Numbered from the stretch's first letter, positions 8,125-17,716 are shown. The stretch: 64,000 nt of DNA from Pseudomonadota bacterium (GCA_036336885.1 JAYZFG010000016.1:74524-138523); one strand, 5' to 3'. Numbers and translations: made by a program. Notes: generated by a model from the sequence alone, not told the origin.

Positions 8125-10893
8125 TTATTCCGAAGATACTGACGGGAAACTTTCTATTCGTGCTGCACAGAATTTAAATTCGGGAATTTTACCGAATGGG
8201 TCAAGTTGTGGGTTAGTCAAAAAATTGGCTGGAGCTTCAGCGTAACAAAATGGGATAAAAACAACGCCCTGTGGGACCGCCCGATCAACACGAGCCTTAA
8301 TGTCTACGGTGCCCCTGCGCGTCGAAACGCGGATCATCTCACCCGGCGAAAACCCATGGTCCCTGAGATCACGAGCATTTAGACAGGCTACAGCTTCAGG
8401 CTCGATCTCATCTAGAACGGCTGCCCTCCGGGTGAGAGCTCCGGTATGCCAATGTTCGAGCTGTCGACCAGTTGTCAGAACCATGGGATAGTCTTCATCT
8501 GGAAGTTCCGCTGGCGGTATAATATCAGCGGGGACCATTTTTCCATGGCCAGTATCTGTCGGAAACCCATCTCCAAACACTATCTCGTTACCAGGCATGT
8601 CTGGCGAATCGCAGGGATACGTGACAGCGCTTTCAAGCTCTAACCTTTCCCAAGTTATATTGTTCATTGAGGGCATGACCTCTGCCATTTCCTTAAATAC
8701 CTCACTTGGATGTTTGTAATTCCATTCGAGACCAAGGCCGCGGGCCATTTCCTGAATAATCCACCAGTCCTGCCGGGTGTCGCCTTTGAGAGGTAAAGCA
8801 GTTCTACCCATTTGGATTTGTCTGTTGGTGTTCGTAACAGTTCCGTCTTTCTCAGGCCATGCTGATGCTGGCAGCACTACGTCTGCATGAAAGGCGGTTT
8901 CGGTTAAGAATAAATCTTGAACCACGAGTGTTTCTAATTTGGTGAGTGCTTCACGAGCGTGCTGCGCGTCCGGGTCAGACATCGCGGGGTTCTCGCCCAT
9001 CACATACATTCCGCGGATATTGCCATTGAAAACTTGATCCATAATTTCGACGACAGTTAGTCCTCTATTTGGGTCAAGCTTTGATTGCCAGTGGGCTTCG
9101 AACTTTTTTCGAACTTTTTCTTCTGTAACAATCTGGTAATCGGGAAAAAACATTGGGACAAGTCCCGCATCTGATGCTCCTTGGACGTTATTTTGGCCAC
9201 GAAGCGGATGCAAACCCGTTCCTGGGCGCCCCACCTGGCCTGTCATGAGAGAGAGATCGATCAGACAACGCGCGTTATCTGTACCATGGATGTGTTGAGA
9301 AACTCCCATGCCCCAAAAAATGATGGAAGCATCGGATTTAGCATAAACCCGAGCAACGCTGCGCAGTATTTCCGCATCAATTCCACAAACTTCAGACATT
9401 TTATCAGGGTCGAAGCCTTGGAGGTGTTGTTTTAGTTCTTCGAAGCCATCGGTATGGGCCTGGATATATTGTTCGTCGTAAAGTTCTTCCTCTACTATCA
9501 CATGCATAATTGCATTTAGCATGGACACATCCGTTCCTGGTTTGAATTGCAACATATGGGTTGCGTGACGCTTCAATGTTTGACCGCGCGGGTCCATAAC
9601 AATGAGGGTTTTTCCGTCTTTGACAGCTTGTTTAAAAAACGTTGCGGCAACGGGATGGTTCTCTGTCGGATTGGCACCAATCACGAGGATGACCTCGGCG
9701 TCTCGCACTGCAGTAAAGGGCGCAGTCACCGCCCCTGATCCAATACATTCCATTAATGCGGCAACTGAGGAGGCGTGACAAAGTCGAGTGCAATGGTCAA
9801 CGTTATTTGTTCCAAAACCGGTCCGGACTAGTTTTTGAAATAAATAGGCCTCCTCATTGGAGCCTTTGGCGGAGCCAAATCCTGCGAGAGCTGCCCCACC
9901 AAATTTGTCGCGGATTTGGCGAAGACCGCCTGCAGCCCTATCAAGTGCTTCTTGCCAACTAGCCTCGCGAAAATGTGTTAAAGGATTAGATGGATCTATA
10001 TCTTCCGCTGCATTCTTTGGCGCATCATCTCTTCGAATAAGGGGCACCGTTAACCGGTGTGGATGGTCTACATAATCAAAACCAAAACGACCTTTGACGC
10101 ATAATCGATTTTCATTTGCCGGCCCTTTACGGCCAGTAACATATAGTAGTTTATCGTTCTTTAGGTGGTATGTAAGTTGGCAACCGACGCCACAATATGG
10201 GCATACAGAATCGATGTTATGGTCCGCCCGAATGCGCCCTGGTGTTGCGGTGCCAGCGACAGTCTTAGGCAGAAGCGCCCCCGTGGGACAAGCTTGCACG
10301 CATTCACCACAGGCAACACAGGTGCTTTCGCCCATCGGGTCATCTAGGTCAAAGACAATCTGTGATTGTGAACCCCGTTGGGCCATCCCAATTACGTCAT
10401 TAACTTGAACCTCTCGGCAAGCTCGTACACATAAAGTACAATTTATACAGGCATCCAAATTGACCGTCATCGCAGGATGGCTTGGGTCGGCTGTCGGCAT
10501 TTTCTTAGCCGGAAATCGACTAGAGCCGATCCCTACCTTATCTGCCCAACGCCAGAACCGGGAGTTATCGTCATGATGGGTAGTTCGATCTGGTTGATCG
10601 GACACCAAAAGCTCAAAAACTATTTTGCGTGCATTTTTAGCACGCTGGCTGAGGGTGTTCACATTCATACCCGGAGTTGGTTTGCGGATACAAGAAGCGG
10701 CCAGTACGCGCTCACCTTCAATTTCGACCATGCAAGCGCGACAATTGCCGTCTGCTTGATACCCCGGCTCTGGTGAATAGCATAAATGTGGAATTTCAAT
10801 ATCAGTTCGGGCGGCTACTTGCCATATCGTCTCATCGGCTTCCGCTAATACCGTTTTATCGTTGAGTATAAATTCAATTTGGTCTGCCATCAT
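8125..10893 (-). CDS. fdsA: NAD-dependent formate dehydrogenase alpha subunit (molybdopterin, Fe-S)
   Basis: N-terminal 2Fe-2S and 4Fe-4S ferredoxin motifs (CNCRACMVE, CINCTLCVRACRE, CVACGECVQACPTGA), then a bis-MGD domain with the active-site stretch HCTRLCHASS (Cys, not Sec). Start taken at the tandem ATGs at 10893/10890. Confidence 0.9.
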   Translation of the reverse strand: MMADQIEFILNDKTVLAEADETIWQVAARTDIEIPHLCYSPEPGYQADGNCRACMVEIEGERVLAASCIRKPTPGMNVNTLSQRAKNARKIVFELLVSDQPDRTTHHDDNSRFWRWADKVGIGSSRFPAKKMPTADPSHPAMTVNLDACINCTLCVRACREVQVNDVIGMAQRGSQSQIVFDLDDPMGESTCVACGECVQACPTGALLPKTVAGTATPGRIRADHNIDSVCPYCGVGCQLTYHLKNDKLLYVTGRKGPANENRLCVKGRFGFDYVDHPHRLTVPLIRRDDAPKNAAEDIDPSNPLTHFREASWQEALDRAAGGLRQIRDKFGGAALAGFGSAKGSNEEAYLFQKLVRTGFGTNNVDHCTRLCHASSVAALMECIGSGAVTAPFTAVRDAEVILVIGANPTENHPVAATFFKQAVKDGKTLIVMDPRGQTLKRHATHMLQFKPGTDVSMLNAIMHVIVEEELYDEQYIQAHTDGFEELKQHLQGFDPDKMSEVCGIDAEILRSVARVYAKSDASIIFWGMGVSQHIHGTDNARCLIDLSLMTGQVGRPGTGLHPLRGQNNVQGASDAGLVPMFFPDYQIVTEEKVRKKFEAHWQSKLDPNRGLTVVEIMDQVFNGNIRGMYVMGENPAMSDPDAQHAREALTKLETLVVQDLFLTETAFHADVVLPASAWPEKDGTVTNTNRQIQMGRTALPLKGDTRQDWWIIQEMARGLGLEWNYKHPSEVFKEMAEVMPSMNNITWERLELESAVTYPCDSPDMPGNEIVFGDGFPTDTGHGKMVPADIIPPAELPDEDYPMVLTTGRQLEHWHTGALTRRAAVLDEIEPEAVACLNARDLRDHGFSPGEMIRVSTRRGTVDIKARVDRAVPQGVVFIPFCYAEAPANFLTNPQLDPFGKIPEFKFCAARIESFPSVSSE

Positions 10894-11084
10894 CCCCGCC
10901 TGAAACAAATTTTAACTGCAAACTAGTTTCCGATCATCAAAGGGTCAATTGAAGTATTGTTCCTCAATAAAGATCATCTAGATCCTGTGTGCCCAAGTTT
11001 TTTGTGTTTGGACCTGAGCGGTACCGAATTTCATTAACAAACAATTCACGCGTTTCATGATCAAAAAATTTTAAAGTGATACCG

Positions 11085-11951
11085 TTATTCAAATCCAAAA
11101 AGATGTGCCGGATTGTCAACCAAAATCTGTTGCTGCGTTTTTTCGTCATTAGCCCAGCCCATAAACTGATCCAATAAAGTCCCATCATTCGGAATTGGGA
11201 CCATTGAATTCGGGTGAGGCCAGTTTGTGCCCCAAACAAGGCGGTCGGGTCGAGTTTTGATAAGCCTTTGGGCGAACGGTGTCATATCTTCATAGGGAGC
11301 GCCCAATACGGATAATCGATACCAACTGCAGATTTTAGCCCAACAATGGTCGGTATCTTTGAGTAATTCTATTAAAGTTAGAAAACTAGGGCTGTTTGTG
11401 GAGTCGGCACCTCGAACCCGGGCAAAATGATCAAATAATATGTTATTTGATAAATTCCGTACCCTCGGTGCTAGTTCACGGATTTCTTCAATTTTTGTTA
11501 GATGGATAAGGGTTGTCCATCCCAGCTCTTTCATCAGGGGTGCCACTCTCTCTAGTTCATCTAAGCGGATCGCTCCGGGCGAAAAGCTGGAAAGTCTAAT
11601 TCCACAAAAATTTTTGGAAATAAGAAACTCAAGATTCTTTTCAAGGGCTTCGAGCGGCATTGCGGCAATGCCACGGATGGACCCATTAGATCGTTCGATT
11701 GCATCGACTGTTACAGGGTCGATACCGCCATAATCACGGGCTTGTACCAAGATGGAACGTTCTATACCAAGCACATCAAGCATATTTTTGTATTGTTCGT
11801 AACTGGTTTCCGGCCCGTCGCCTTTATTTTGGTTTATAGGAAACAGGGAGAAGGGCCCATAGAGATGAGCATGGGTATCACAAGTAAGTGGTGGAGGCGG
11901 GATTTTTGGGTTCTTCGGCTTCCAGTCAGGTCCGTTAATTAGATTATTCAT
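11085..11951 (-). CDS. Amidohydrolase_2 family protein (LigI / 2-pyrone-4,6-dicarboxylate lactonase-like)
   Basis: CDTHAHLYGP near the N-terminus, RLVWGTNWPHPN, ILVDNPAHLFGF. It is a paralogue of the ORF at 36136-37008. It sits between fdsB (21-nt gap) and fdsA. Confidence 0.8.
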   Translation of the reverse strand: MNNLINGPDWKPKNPKIPPPPLTCDTHAHLYGPFSLFPINQNKGDGPETSYEQYKNMLDVLGIERSILVQARDYGGIDPVTVDAIERSNGSIRGIAAMPLEALEKNLEFLISKNFCGIRLSSFSPGAIRLDELERVAPLMKELGWTTLIHLTKIEEIRELAPRVRNLSNNILFDHFARVRGADSTNSPSFLTLIELLKDTDHCWAKICSWYRLSVLGAPYEDMTPFAQRLIKTRPDRLVWGTNWPHPNSMVPIPNDGTLLDQFMGWANDEKTQQQILVDNPAHLFGFE

Positions 11952-11972
11952 TCTCAGGGCCGAATTTCAATA

Positions 11973-13667
11973 TCATTTAATATCTTCAGGAAAATACTTG
12001 AAGACTGACTTGAGGCCGTTTGTGGCGGCCTGCCCGAGACCACAAATCGAAGCGTCGATCATTGCCTCAGAGAGCTCTTCTAAAAGTGGTCTATTCCAAT
12101 TTGGTTCCTCCAAAAGTTTAACTGCTTTTTCACAACCGTTACGACAGGGTGTGCATTGCCCACAGCTCTCATCCTCAAAAAATTTAAGAAGATTGATGGC
12201 AACATCACTTGTTGAATCTTCTTCAGACAAAATTATTACAGCAGCAGAACCAATAAGGCATCCATATTGTTCAAGCGTACCAAAATCTAACCTTTCGCCG
12301 TCCATCTTTGCAGGTAGGATGCCTCCGGAAGCACCACCCGGCAGATACCCCTTAAAAGTGTGGCCTTCCTGCATCCCACCGCAAAATTCGTGGATAAGTT
12401 CGCGTACAGTAATACCGGCATCAGTAATTTTGACCCCGGGTTCCTTGACACGGCCAGAAACTGAGAATGTGCGCAGACCTTTCGAACCGTTACGTCCCTT
12501 TTGAGTGAACCAACTCGCTCCCTTTTGAACAATGTCTCTTATCCAGTAAAGGGTTTCAACGTTGTGTATGAGTGTTGGTCTTCCAAACAAGCCAACTTGG
12601 GCAGGGAAGGGAGGCTTGTGGCGAGGTAACCCACGTTTGCCCTCTATAGATTCTAGCATTGCTGATTCTTCGCCACAAATATACGCCCCGGCCCCGCGCC
12701 TGAGATAGATTTGTTGTGGTTTGATGAGTCCAGCCACCTCAAGTTTTGGTATTTCTTTTTGAAGGATATTTCGAATTTCCGGATATTCATCTCGTAGGTA
12801 GATGTATATAGCTTCAGCCTCCACTGCCCAGCCTGCTACCAGCATACCTTCTAAAAATCGGTGTGGGTCATGTTCAAGAAACCAGCGATCTTTAAATGTT
12901 CCCGGTTCTCCTTCATCTGCATTAACAGCCATTAATCTTGGACCGGCCTCGTTGCGTACAAATGTCCATTTGCGCCCTGAGGGAAATCCAGCCCCTCCCA
13001 GGCCACGCAGACCTGATTTATCCAAAATAGTGATCAAATCCTCAGGTGTGTGTTGGCCGGACAAACACTCTCTTAGCAAGACGTAACCGTTGTCAGTTTC
13101 ATAGTTATGGAAATCAACATAATTTGGGGGGGCTTTAGGTTCGGGGTTCTTCGCAGCTTCCAATACATTTGACACCGTGGCCGGTGCAATTTGATTATGC
13201 CCAATGGCTACAGCTGGAGCTTTATCACAAGCACCCATGCAGGGCGCACGTAACACCCTAATATCTTCGTTTACATTTTTTGCAAGTTCCTCGATCAATT
13301 TTTCAGAACCAAACAATTCGCAAGTTACACTATCGCAGACTCTGATTGTCATAGCCGGAGGTGGTGTTTCATCATCCCTTACAACGTCAAAGTGGGCATA
13401 GAAAGTGGCAACCTCGTAGACTTCGGTAAGTGCCATTTTCAACTCTTCAGCCAGCGCAACGAGGTGACCTGAAGAAAGGTGGCCGAATTCATCCTGGACC
13501 AAATGAAGATGTTCAATTAGAAGTTCACGTGTACGGAGTTTATTTCCAAGCAATTCACGAATTTGAACATGTGAATCAGGGTCGAGCTGTCGTCCCTTAG
13601 GGAATGAGGCTCCATGCCCTCCGCGTCCGGGGTGTGAGTGTCGTTTTACAGATTTTTTATCGGTCAT
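11973..13667 (-). CDS. fdsB: NAD-dependent formate dehydrogenase beta subunit, fused NuoE-like (gamma) + NuoF-like (beta)
   Basis: N-terminal NuoE-type 2Fe-2S domain (VCDSVTCELFG...CMGACDKAP). The NuoF core has GLRGLGGAGFPSGRKW, the FMN/NADH motifs (EGEPGTFKDR) and the C-terminal ESCGQCTPCR. Confidence 0.9.
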   Translation of the reverse strand: MTDKKSVKRHSHPGRGGHGASFPKGRQLDPDSHVQIRELLGNKLRTRELLIEHLHLVQDEFGHLSSGHLVALAEELKMALTEVYEVATFYAHFDVVRDDETPPPAMTIRVCDSVTCELFGSEKLIEELAKNVNEDIRVLRAPCMGACDKAPAVAIGHNQIAPATVSNVLEAAKNPEPKAPPNYVDFHNYETDNGYVLLRECLSGQHTPEDLITILDKSGLRGLGGAGFPSGRKWTFVRNEAGPRLMAVNADEGEPGTFKDRWFLEHDPHRFLEGMLVAGWAVEAEAIYIYLRDEYPEIRNILQKEIPKLEVAGLIKPQQIYLRRGAGAYICGEESAMLESIEGKRGLPRHKPPFPAQVGLFGRPTLIHNVETLYWIRDIVQKGASWFTQKGRNGSKGLRTFSVSGRVKEPGVKITDAGITVRELIHEFCGGMQEGHTFKGYLPGGASGGILPAKMDGERLDFGTLEQYGCLIGSAAVIILSEEDSTSDVAINLLKFFEDESCGQCTPCRNGCEKAVKLLEEPNWNRPLLEELSEAMIDASICGLGQAATNGLKSVFKYFPEDIK

Positions 13668-13762
13668 ATCCTGTTGTCAAATTAAACCTATTCTATCAGG
13701 TCTGTAATATAAATTTAAATTTGGCTATCGCGTGGCAATCATTGACCACATTTAAGACAAAA

Positions 13763-13942
13763 TTAAGTGTAGTCATCAGATACCAAAATAAGAGAAATAA
13801 TATTACTATTTATAATTTGTTTACCTCTATTTTCGAAATTAACGGTAATACGATTTCCAATCGATGATTGAACTTGACCGATACCCCAGTCATGTTCGTG
13901 GGGATGTTGAACTAAAACACCTGGAACAAATTCTTCGTTCAT
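13763..13942 (-). CDS. Small protein, DUF3553-like (59 aa; below the ORF-track length cutoff)
   Basis: My own translation is MNEEFVPGVLVQHPHEHDWGIGQVQSSIGNRITVNFENRGKQIINSNIISLILVSDDYT*. The PG..V.HP....WG.GQVQS.....ITVNF...GK pattern matches my memory of the DUF3553 family. It lies directly upstream of fdsB on the same strand. Confidence 0.55.
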   Translation of the reverse strand: MNEEFVPGVLVQHPHEHDWGIGQVQSSIGNRITVNFENRGKQIINSNIISLILVSDDYT

Positions 13943-14276
13943 TCAAATTTCCGCGATTTGTTTAAATTCTGGTTATCAGAAACACTCCATGGGCTTCGCA
14001 TGTTATATTAAATCTTCGGTAAAGTTGCTCAGGAAAACCGTATCCCTAATTGAAAGATACTAAATAAATTAAATGAGAAAAGGTCTTTTAGCTAATTTAT
14101 GAAAATTCTAACCAAATTTGACCTCATATACGTACAATGCAACATATTCGGCGAAATTAACCAACAAATACCGTTTTCATAGATTTAGGTAATTTGAGGA
14201 ATCTTTTTTGTGGGCCTTGCAGTTAGGGCACACGATTCATATACTCCGCGCCGAATTTTGAGTGTCTGGGAGTGAT

Positions 14277-14693
14277 ATGCCAACGAAACTACCTAAAAAT
14301 TATCGGCCGTCAGATAAAGAGCCTTTTATGAACGCCAAACAGCGTGAGTATTTTCGACAACGACTTCTTCGTTGGAAAAGAGAGCTTGTTCGTGATACCA
14401 GCCAGACATTACTGAGTCTGCAAGAGGATTCGCTCCAGGCGCCTGATATTGCGGATCGCGCTTCGGCGGAAACTGACAGGGCGGTCGAGCTAAGAACGCG
14501 TGATCGCGAGAGAAAATTGGTGCAAAAAATTGATGAGGCGTTGGGAAGAATTGAGCATGGAGAATATGGTTATTGTGAAGAGACTGGGGAGCCAATAGGA
14601 CTTAGACGTTTGGAAGCACGCCCGATTGCTACGCTTAGTTTGGAGGCTCAGGAGCGCCATGAACGGATGGAAAGAATTTATCGCGACGAATAG
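14277..14693 (+). CDS. dksA: RNA polymerase-binding transcription factor DksA
   Basis: Coiled-coil tip motif DIADRASAETD and a C-terminal YGYCEETGEPIGLRRLEARPIATLSLEAQ. GGGAG Shine-Dalgarno before ATG 14277; the ORF-track GTG at 14262 is less likely. Confidence 0.9.
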   Translation: MPTKLPKNYRPSDKEPFMNAKQREYFRQRLLRWKRELVRDTSQTLLSLQEDSLQAPDIADRASAETDRAVELRTRDRERKLVQKIDEALGRIEHGEYGYCEETGEPIGLRRLEARPIATLSLEAQERHERMERIYRDE

Positions 14694-14730
14694 TATTAAG
14701 CTCTAGCCATACTTTACATTTTTTCTTGAG

Positions 14731-15867
14731 CTAATCTCTAATGTCCTGCAGAAACCAGTCTGTTGGAATCTCCATTCCGAGCTTTCGATCTATACATGTT
14801 TGGTACACGTGTCCGCCTACGGATGAAAACTGAAGTCCTTGGTTTCCTACATTACGGTAAAAGGTTACTTGCTCTGGGTTTGTTCGCCCAAGACTCGGGT
14901 CAGCGATAAGTGCGGCAAAGTCAGGCTTATCACCGCCTTTACCACGATCACTGAACTCTGGATCATCACCTCCAAAACCAGGATTAGGATTTTTTGCAGG
15001 TATCTTTTTCATTTGTTCCGTTGTCCCCCCGATAAAGGCTGCTGGACTCAGACCGCGCTCAGCCTGAAAGCGCTCGGTTTGTTTCATCTGTAGACCCGCG
15101 GTACCCTGACGAATAACAATATCGAATTTACTCATTACGTTATCGCTTATTTCGCGGCGTCCCAGATTAGTGACGTGCATTCCCGGCTCAATCCACTCAG
15201 GGTCGTAAACGGGTACCATCGAATCGGTACAAGTTGACAGTATATCACAGCCATTAACCGCCTCTTGAGGACTGTCTACGGCAATTACCTCAAAGCCCAT
15301 CTTTCTGGTCAGTTCTTCGGCATATTCCTCACGATGTTCTGGCGTTGGACTATAAACTTTGCAATACTGAATATCCCGGACACACGAAAATGCCTCAAGG
15401 AATGTCCTGGCCATGCCCCCTGAACCAAGCATGCCAACAACATGAGAGTTTTCACGTGATAGATATTTAACGCCAATCCCGGCACCGCCCCCCACTCTCA
15501 TGTGCTGGATGTGCCCATCATTGATAAAGGCTAACGGTTCGCCATTGTTGGTATTGACCAGTAAGACTATGCCACAATAGGTTCCCGGTTCACGGCAATA
15601 TTTTTCTTCTGTCCAGTTTCCACTCTCATCCTCTGGCCAATACATCACGTCTGACTTCATCCTAATTGCAAAAAATCCATCGTTTGCACCCTCCATGGTA
15701 CCCCAGCGAAAGTAGCCATCTTCGCGTTCTGCAGGCATATACATGTCAATTCGAGGTCGGTGAATTGCCCCACCACTTGGAATTTTTTTAAATGCCTCTT
15801 CTTGAACACGAATGCAGTCTTTCATTTCAAGAACTTCCGCGACGATGTCATTATTTATTATGATCAT
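14731..15867 (-). CDS. Ornithine cyclodeaminase/mu-crystallin family protein
   Basis: Rossmann motif MLGSGGMARTFLEAF and OCD-like N- and C-terminal regions. AAGGAGGGG Shine-Dalgarno before ATG 15867; the ORF-track start at 15939 adds 24 aa with no RBS. Confidence 0.7.
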   Translation of the reverse strand: MIIINNDIVAEVLEMKDCIRVQEEAFKKIPSGGAIHRPRIDMYMPAEREDGYFRWGTMEGANDGFFAIRMKSDVMYWPEDESGNWTEEKYCREPGTYCGIVLLVNTNNGEPLAFINDGHIQHMRVGGGAGIGVKYLSRENSHVVGMLGSGGMARTFLEAFSCVRDIQYCKVYSPTPEHREEYAEELTRKMGFEVIAVDSPQEAVNGCDILSTCTDSMVPVYDPEWIEPGMHVTNLGRREISDNVMSKFDIVIRQGTAGLQMKQTERFQAERGLSPAAFIGGTTEQMKKIPAKNPNPGFGGDDPEFSDRGKGGDKPDFAALIADPSLGRTNPEQVTFYRNVGNQGLQFSSVGGHVYQTCIDRKLGMEIPTDWFLQDIRD

Positions 15868-15995
15868 GAGCCCCTCCTTGTTTACTAAAAGACGATAACA
15901 AACATGATTAATTACCCCAAGTGCACAGGCCCTACCCACTCAACAAATTCATCGAGGTTTTAGTTTTCCAACACGAATTTGGGGAATAAACAAAA

Positions 15996-16988
15996 TTATA
16001 GTTTAAAGTGGTGCCGGACTTCTTCAGGAAATAGGGCCTCAACGTCTAGCTTTTTGTGTAACGTTCCTTGTTCGAATCCAAACTGCAGAAAAGCTTCGAG
16101 AGTTCTACGATTTGCTTCTATCCCGTATGGCCATTGTTCATTCCCAAACATTTTTCGGTTGTTTTCCAACCCGTCATAATAGGCCCAGGCAACAGGAAGT
16201 TGCGAAACAGTAAAATTAGAAATCCGTTGGAAGCTGCGTAACTTGGCCTCTTCAAAGGCGGTCATCAAATTTTGAGCAACCCATGGGTTGTTTTCAAAGA
16301 CATCGCGACGAACGGCGATAGTATGCATAATTGGAAAAATACCCGTTTCGTTGAAGTAATTTTCTTCTTCTTCTCGGTAATTCGGGTAGAGCTGTGTCAC
16401 TCTTGGGTCCCTCGCAAGAAATTCTTTAGGAGGACGCGCAGAGAAGGCACAATCGAGGTCTCCGTCAAACATCATCTGCATAAGCGAACGGTCAGTGACA
16501 ATTTTTAGGTTGATATCTTCGGGCAGGTTAAGTTGAGATGCTTCCTGACGACCGGGATCATTGATACCTGATTGATACCAGTTGGCGCTACTTAGCGGAA
16601 CCTTGGCAGTATGTTCCATCCACCCTCGAGTATAAATCCCCGCTGTTTGGCCCCATTCTGGAATACCAATACGCTTACCCTTGAGGTCTGCAGCAGATTT
16701 AATCGGACCATCCTTAAGTATATAAATAGAGGAATGCCTAAAAACACGCGACGGAAAAATTGGAATCAGGATAAAGGGGGCATCTCCACGAGAAATCCAT
16801 GAGGTGCTCATACCCATTGAAATTTCGGATATTTCCCACTCCTGACTAAAAAGAAAACGATGAAAAATTTCTTCTGGTCCATGGTTGATAACGGTAAGGT
16901 CAATGCCTTCTGGTTTTACGCGACCGGTAGCCATGTCCTGAACATGATCGTATTCATTGATCGCCATGGTCAGTTTTATGTCTGCCAT
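15996..16988 (-). CDS. 4,5-dihydroxyphthalate decarboxylase-like protein (PhtD family, PBP-II/NMT1 fold, no signal peptide)
   Basis: MADIKLTMAINEYDHVQDMATGRVKPEGIDLTVINHGPEEIFHRF resembles the N-terminus of proteins annotated as PhtD (from memory). 330 aa with no export signal. Confidence 0.6.
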   Translation of the reverse strand: MADIKLTMAINEYDHVQDMATGRVKPEGIDLTVINHGPEEIFHRFLFSQEWEISEISMGMSTSWISRGDAPFILIPIFPSRVFRHSSIYILKDGPIKSAADLKGKRIGIPEWGQTAGIYTRGWMEHTAKVPLSSANWYQSGINDPGRQEASQLNLPEDINLKIVTDRSLMQMMFDGDLDCAFSARPPKEFLARDPRVTQLYPNYREEEENYFNETGIFPIMHTIAVRRDVFENNPWVAQNLMTAFEEAKLRSFQRISNFTVSQLPVAWAYYDGLENNRKMFGNEQWPYGIEANRRTLEAFLQFGFEQGTLHKKLDVEALFPEEVRHHFKL

Positions 16989-17054
16989 TTAATTCCCCTT
17001 AATTTCGAATTGAATTTAATGCGTTTTAACGGAGGAAACGCAAAAGGGCTAGTC

Positions 17055-17660
17055 TCACTTTCCTAATGCGCGGTGTTTGCCTACTTTCCAGCCGGCAGGA
17101 GCAAGGTGATTGACAGCAAAGTCCATTGGGCCATTTTCTAGATCAGTTGCCATTGTATCATTAAACCGGTTTAACCAACCAAAAAGGCAAATTACCCCCA
17201 CAATTTCAACAATTTGATCTTCATCAAAGTACTTTTTTAAATTTTCCATATCGGCGTCTGATACCATGCTTGGTGTGGTGCCTGCTGCTTGGGCAATGAC
17301 GAGTGCCGCTTTTTCGGCATCAGAAAAAAGTTCGCTTCTTTCATATTCAAATAATGCTTTAATTTTTTCTATGTTTCCTTGGTCTGCTCCATTTGCTGAT
17401 TTGGCTGAATGTGCCATACAATATTGGCAGCCCGAGGATCGACTTGCGATATGCGCAATTAACCATTTGAGTTCTTGTGATATACGGCCGGGGACACCAA
17501 CAACTTCCCGTGATAGGCGAGAAAATGCACGTAGCATTTCTGGTCGTCGACCCATGATAAAAAAACTATTTGGAATAAAACCCAATGCTTTTTCTACTCT
17601 TTCAAATACGTCTTCTAATTCTGGTAATTCTGACCTTGCTTTTGGCGTCACCCTCGACAT
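17055..17660 (-). CDS. Carboxymuconolactone decarboxylase/AhpD-like family protein
   Basis: AhpD-type CxxC motif in SSGCQYCMAHS. About 200 aa, all-helical composition. Confidence 0.75.
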   Translation of the reverse strand: MSRVTPKARSELPELEDVFERVEKALGFIPNSFFIMGRRPEMLRAFSRLSREVVGVPGRISQELKWLIAHIASRSSGCQYCMAHSAKSANGADQGNIEKIKALFEYERSELFSDAEKAALVIAQAAGTTPSMVSDADMENLKKYFDEDQIVEIVGVICLFGWLNRFNDTMATDLENGPMDFAVNHLAPAGWKVGKHRALGK

Positions 17661-17716
17661 CTAAACTTCCTTTCGTAAACCAAACCTCCATAAGGTATTT
17701 TACGGCTAAAACTACT

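Noticed and set aside
8125-10893. Selenocysteine recoding in the formate dehydrogenase alpha subunit.
   Set aside because: The ORF is uninterrupted, and the active-site stretch reads HCTRLCHASS with Cys at the Sec/Cys position. No in-frame TGA is present, so no SECIS element is needed.
10964-11239. A 91-aa ORF between the amidohydrolase and fdsA, considered as a candidate FdsD (delta subunit).
   Set aside because: Two thirds of it overlaps the amidohydrolase 3' end in another frame. The non-overlapping tail has no start codon with an RBS and no resemblance to FdsD that I can see.
13604-13867. Plus-strand ORFs in AT-rich spacers: 13604-13867, 19511-19816 and 37767-37970.
   Set aside because: They have AT-rich, low-complexity translations with no RBS. 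13604-13867 overlaps the better-supported minus-strand DUF3553-like ORF.
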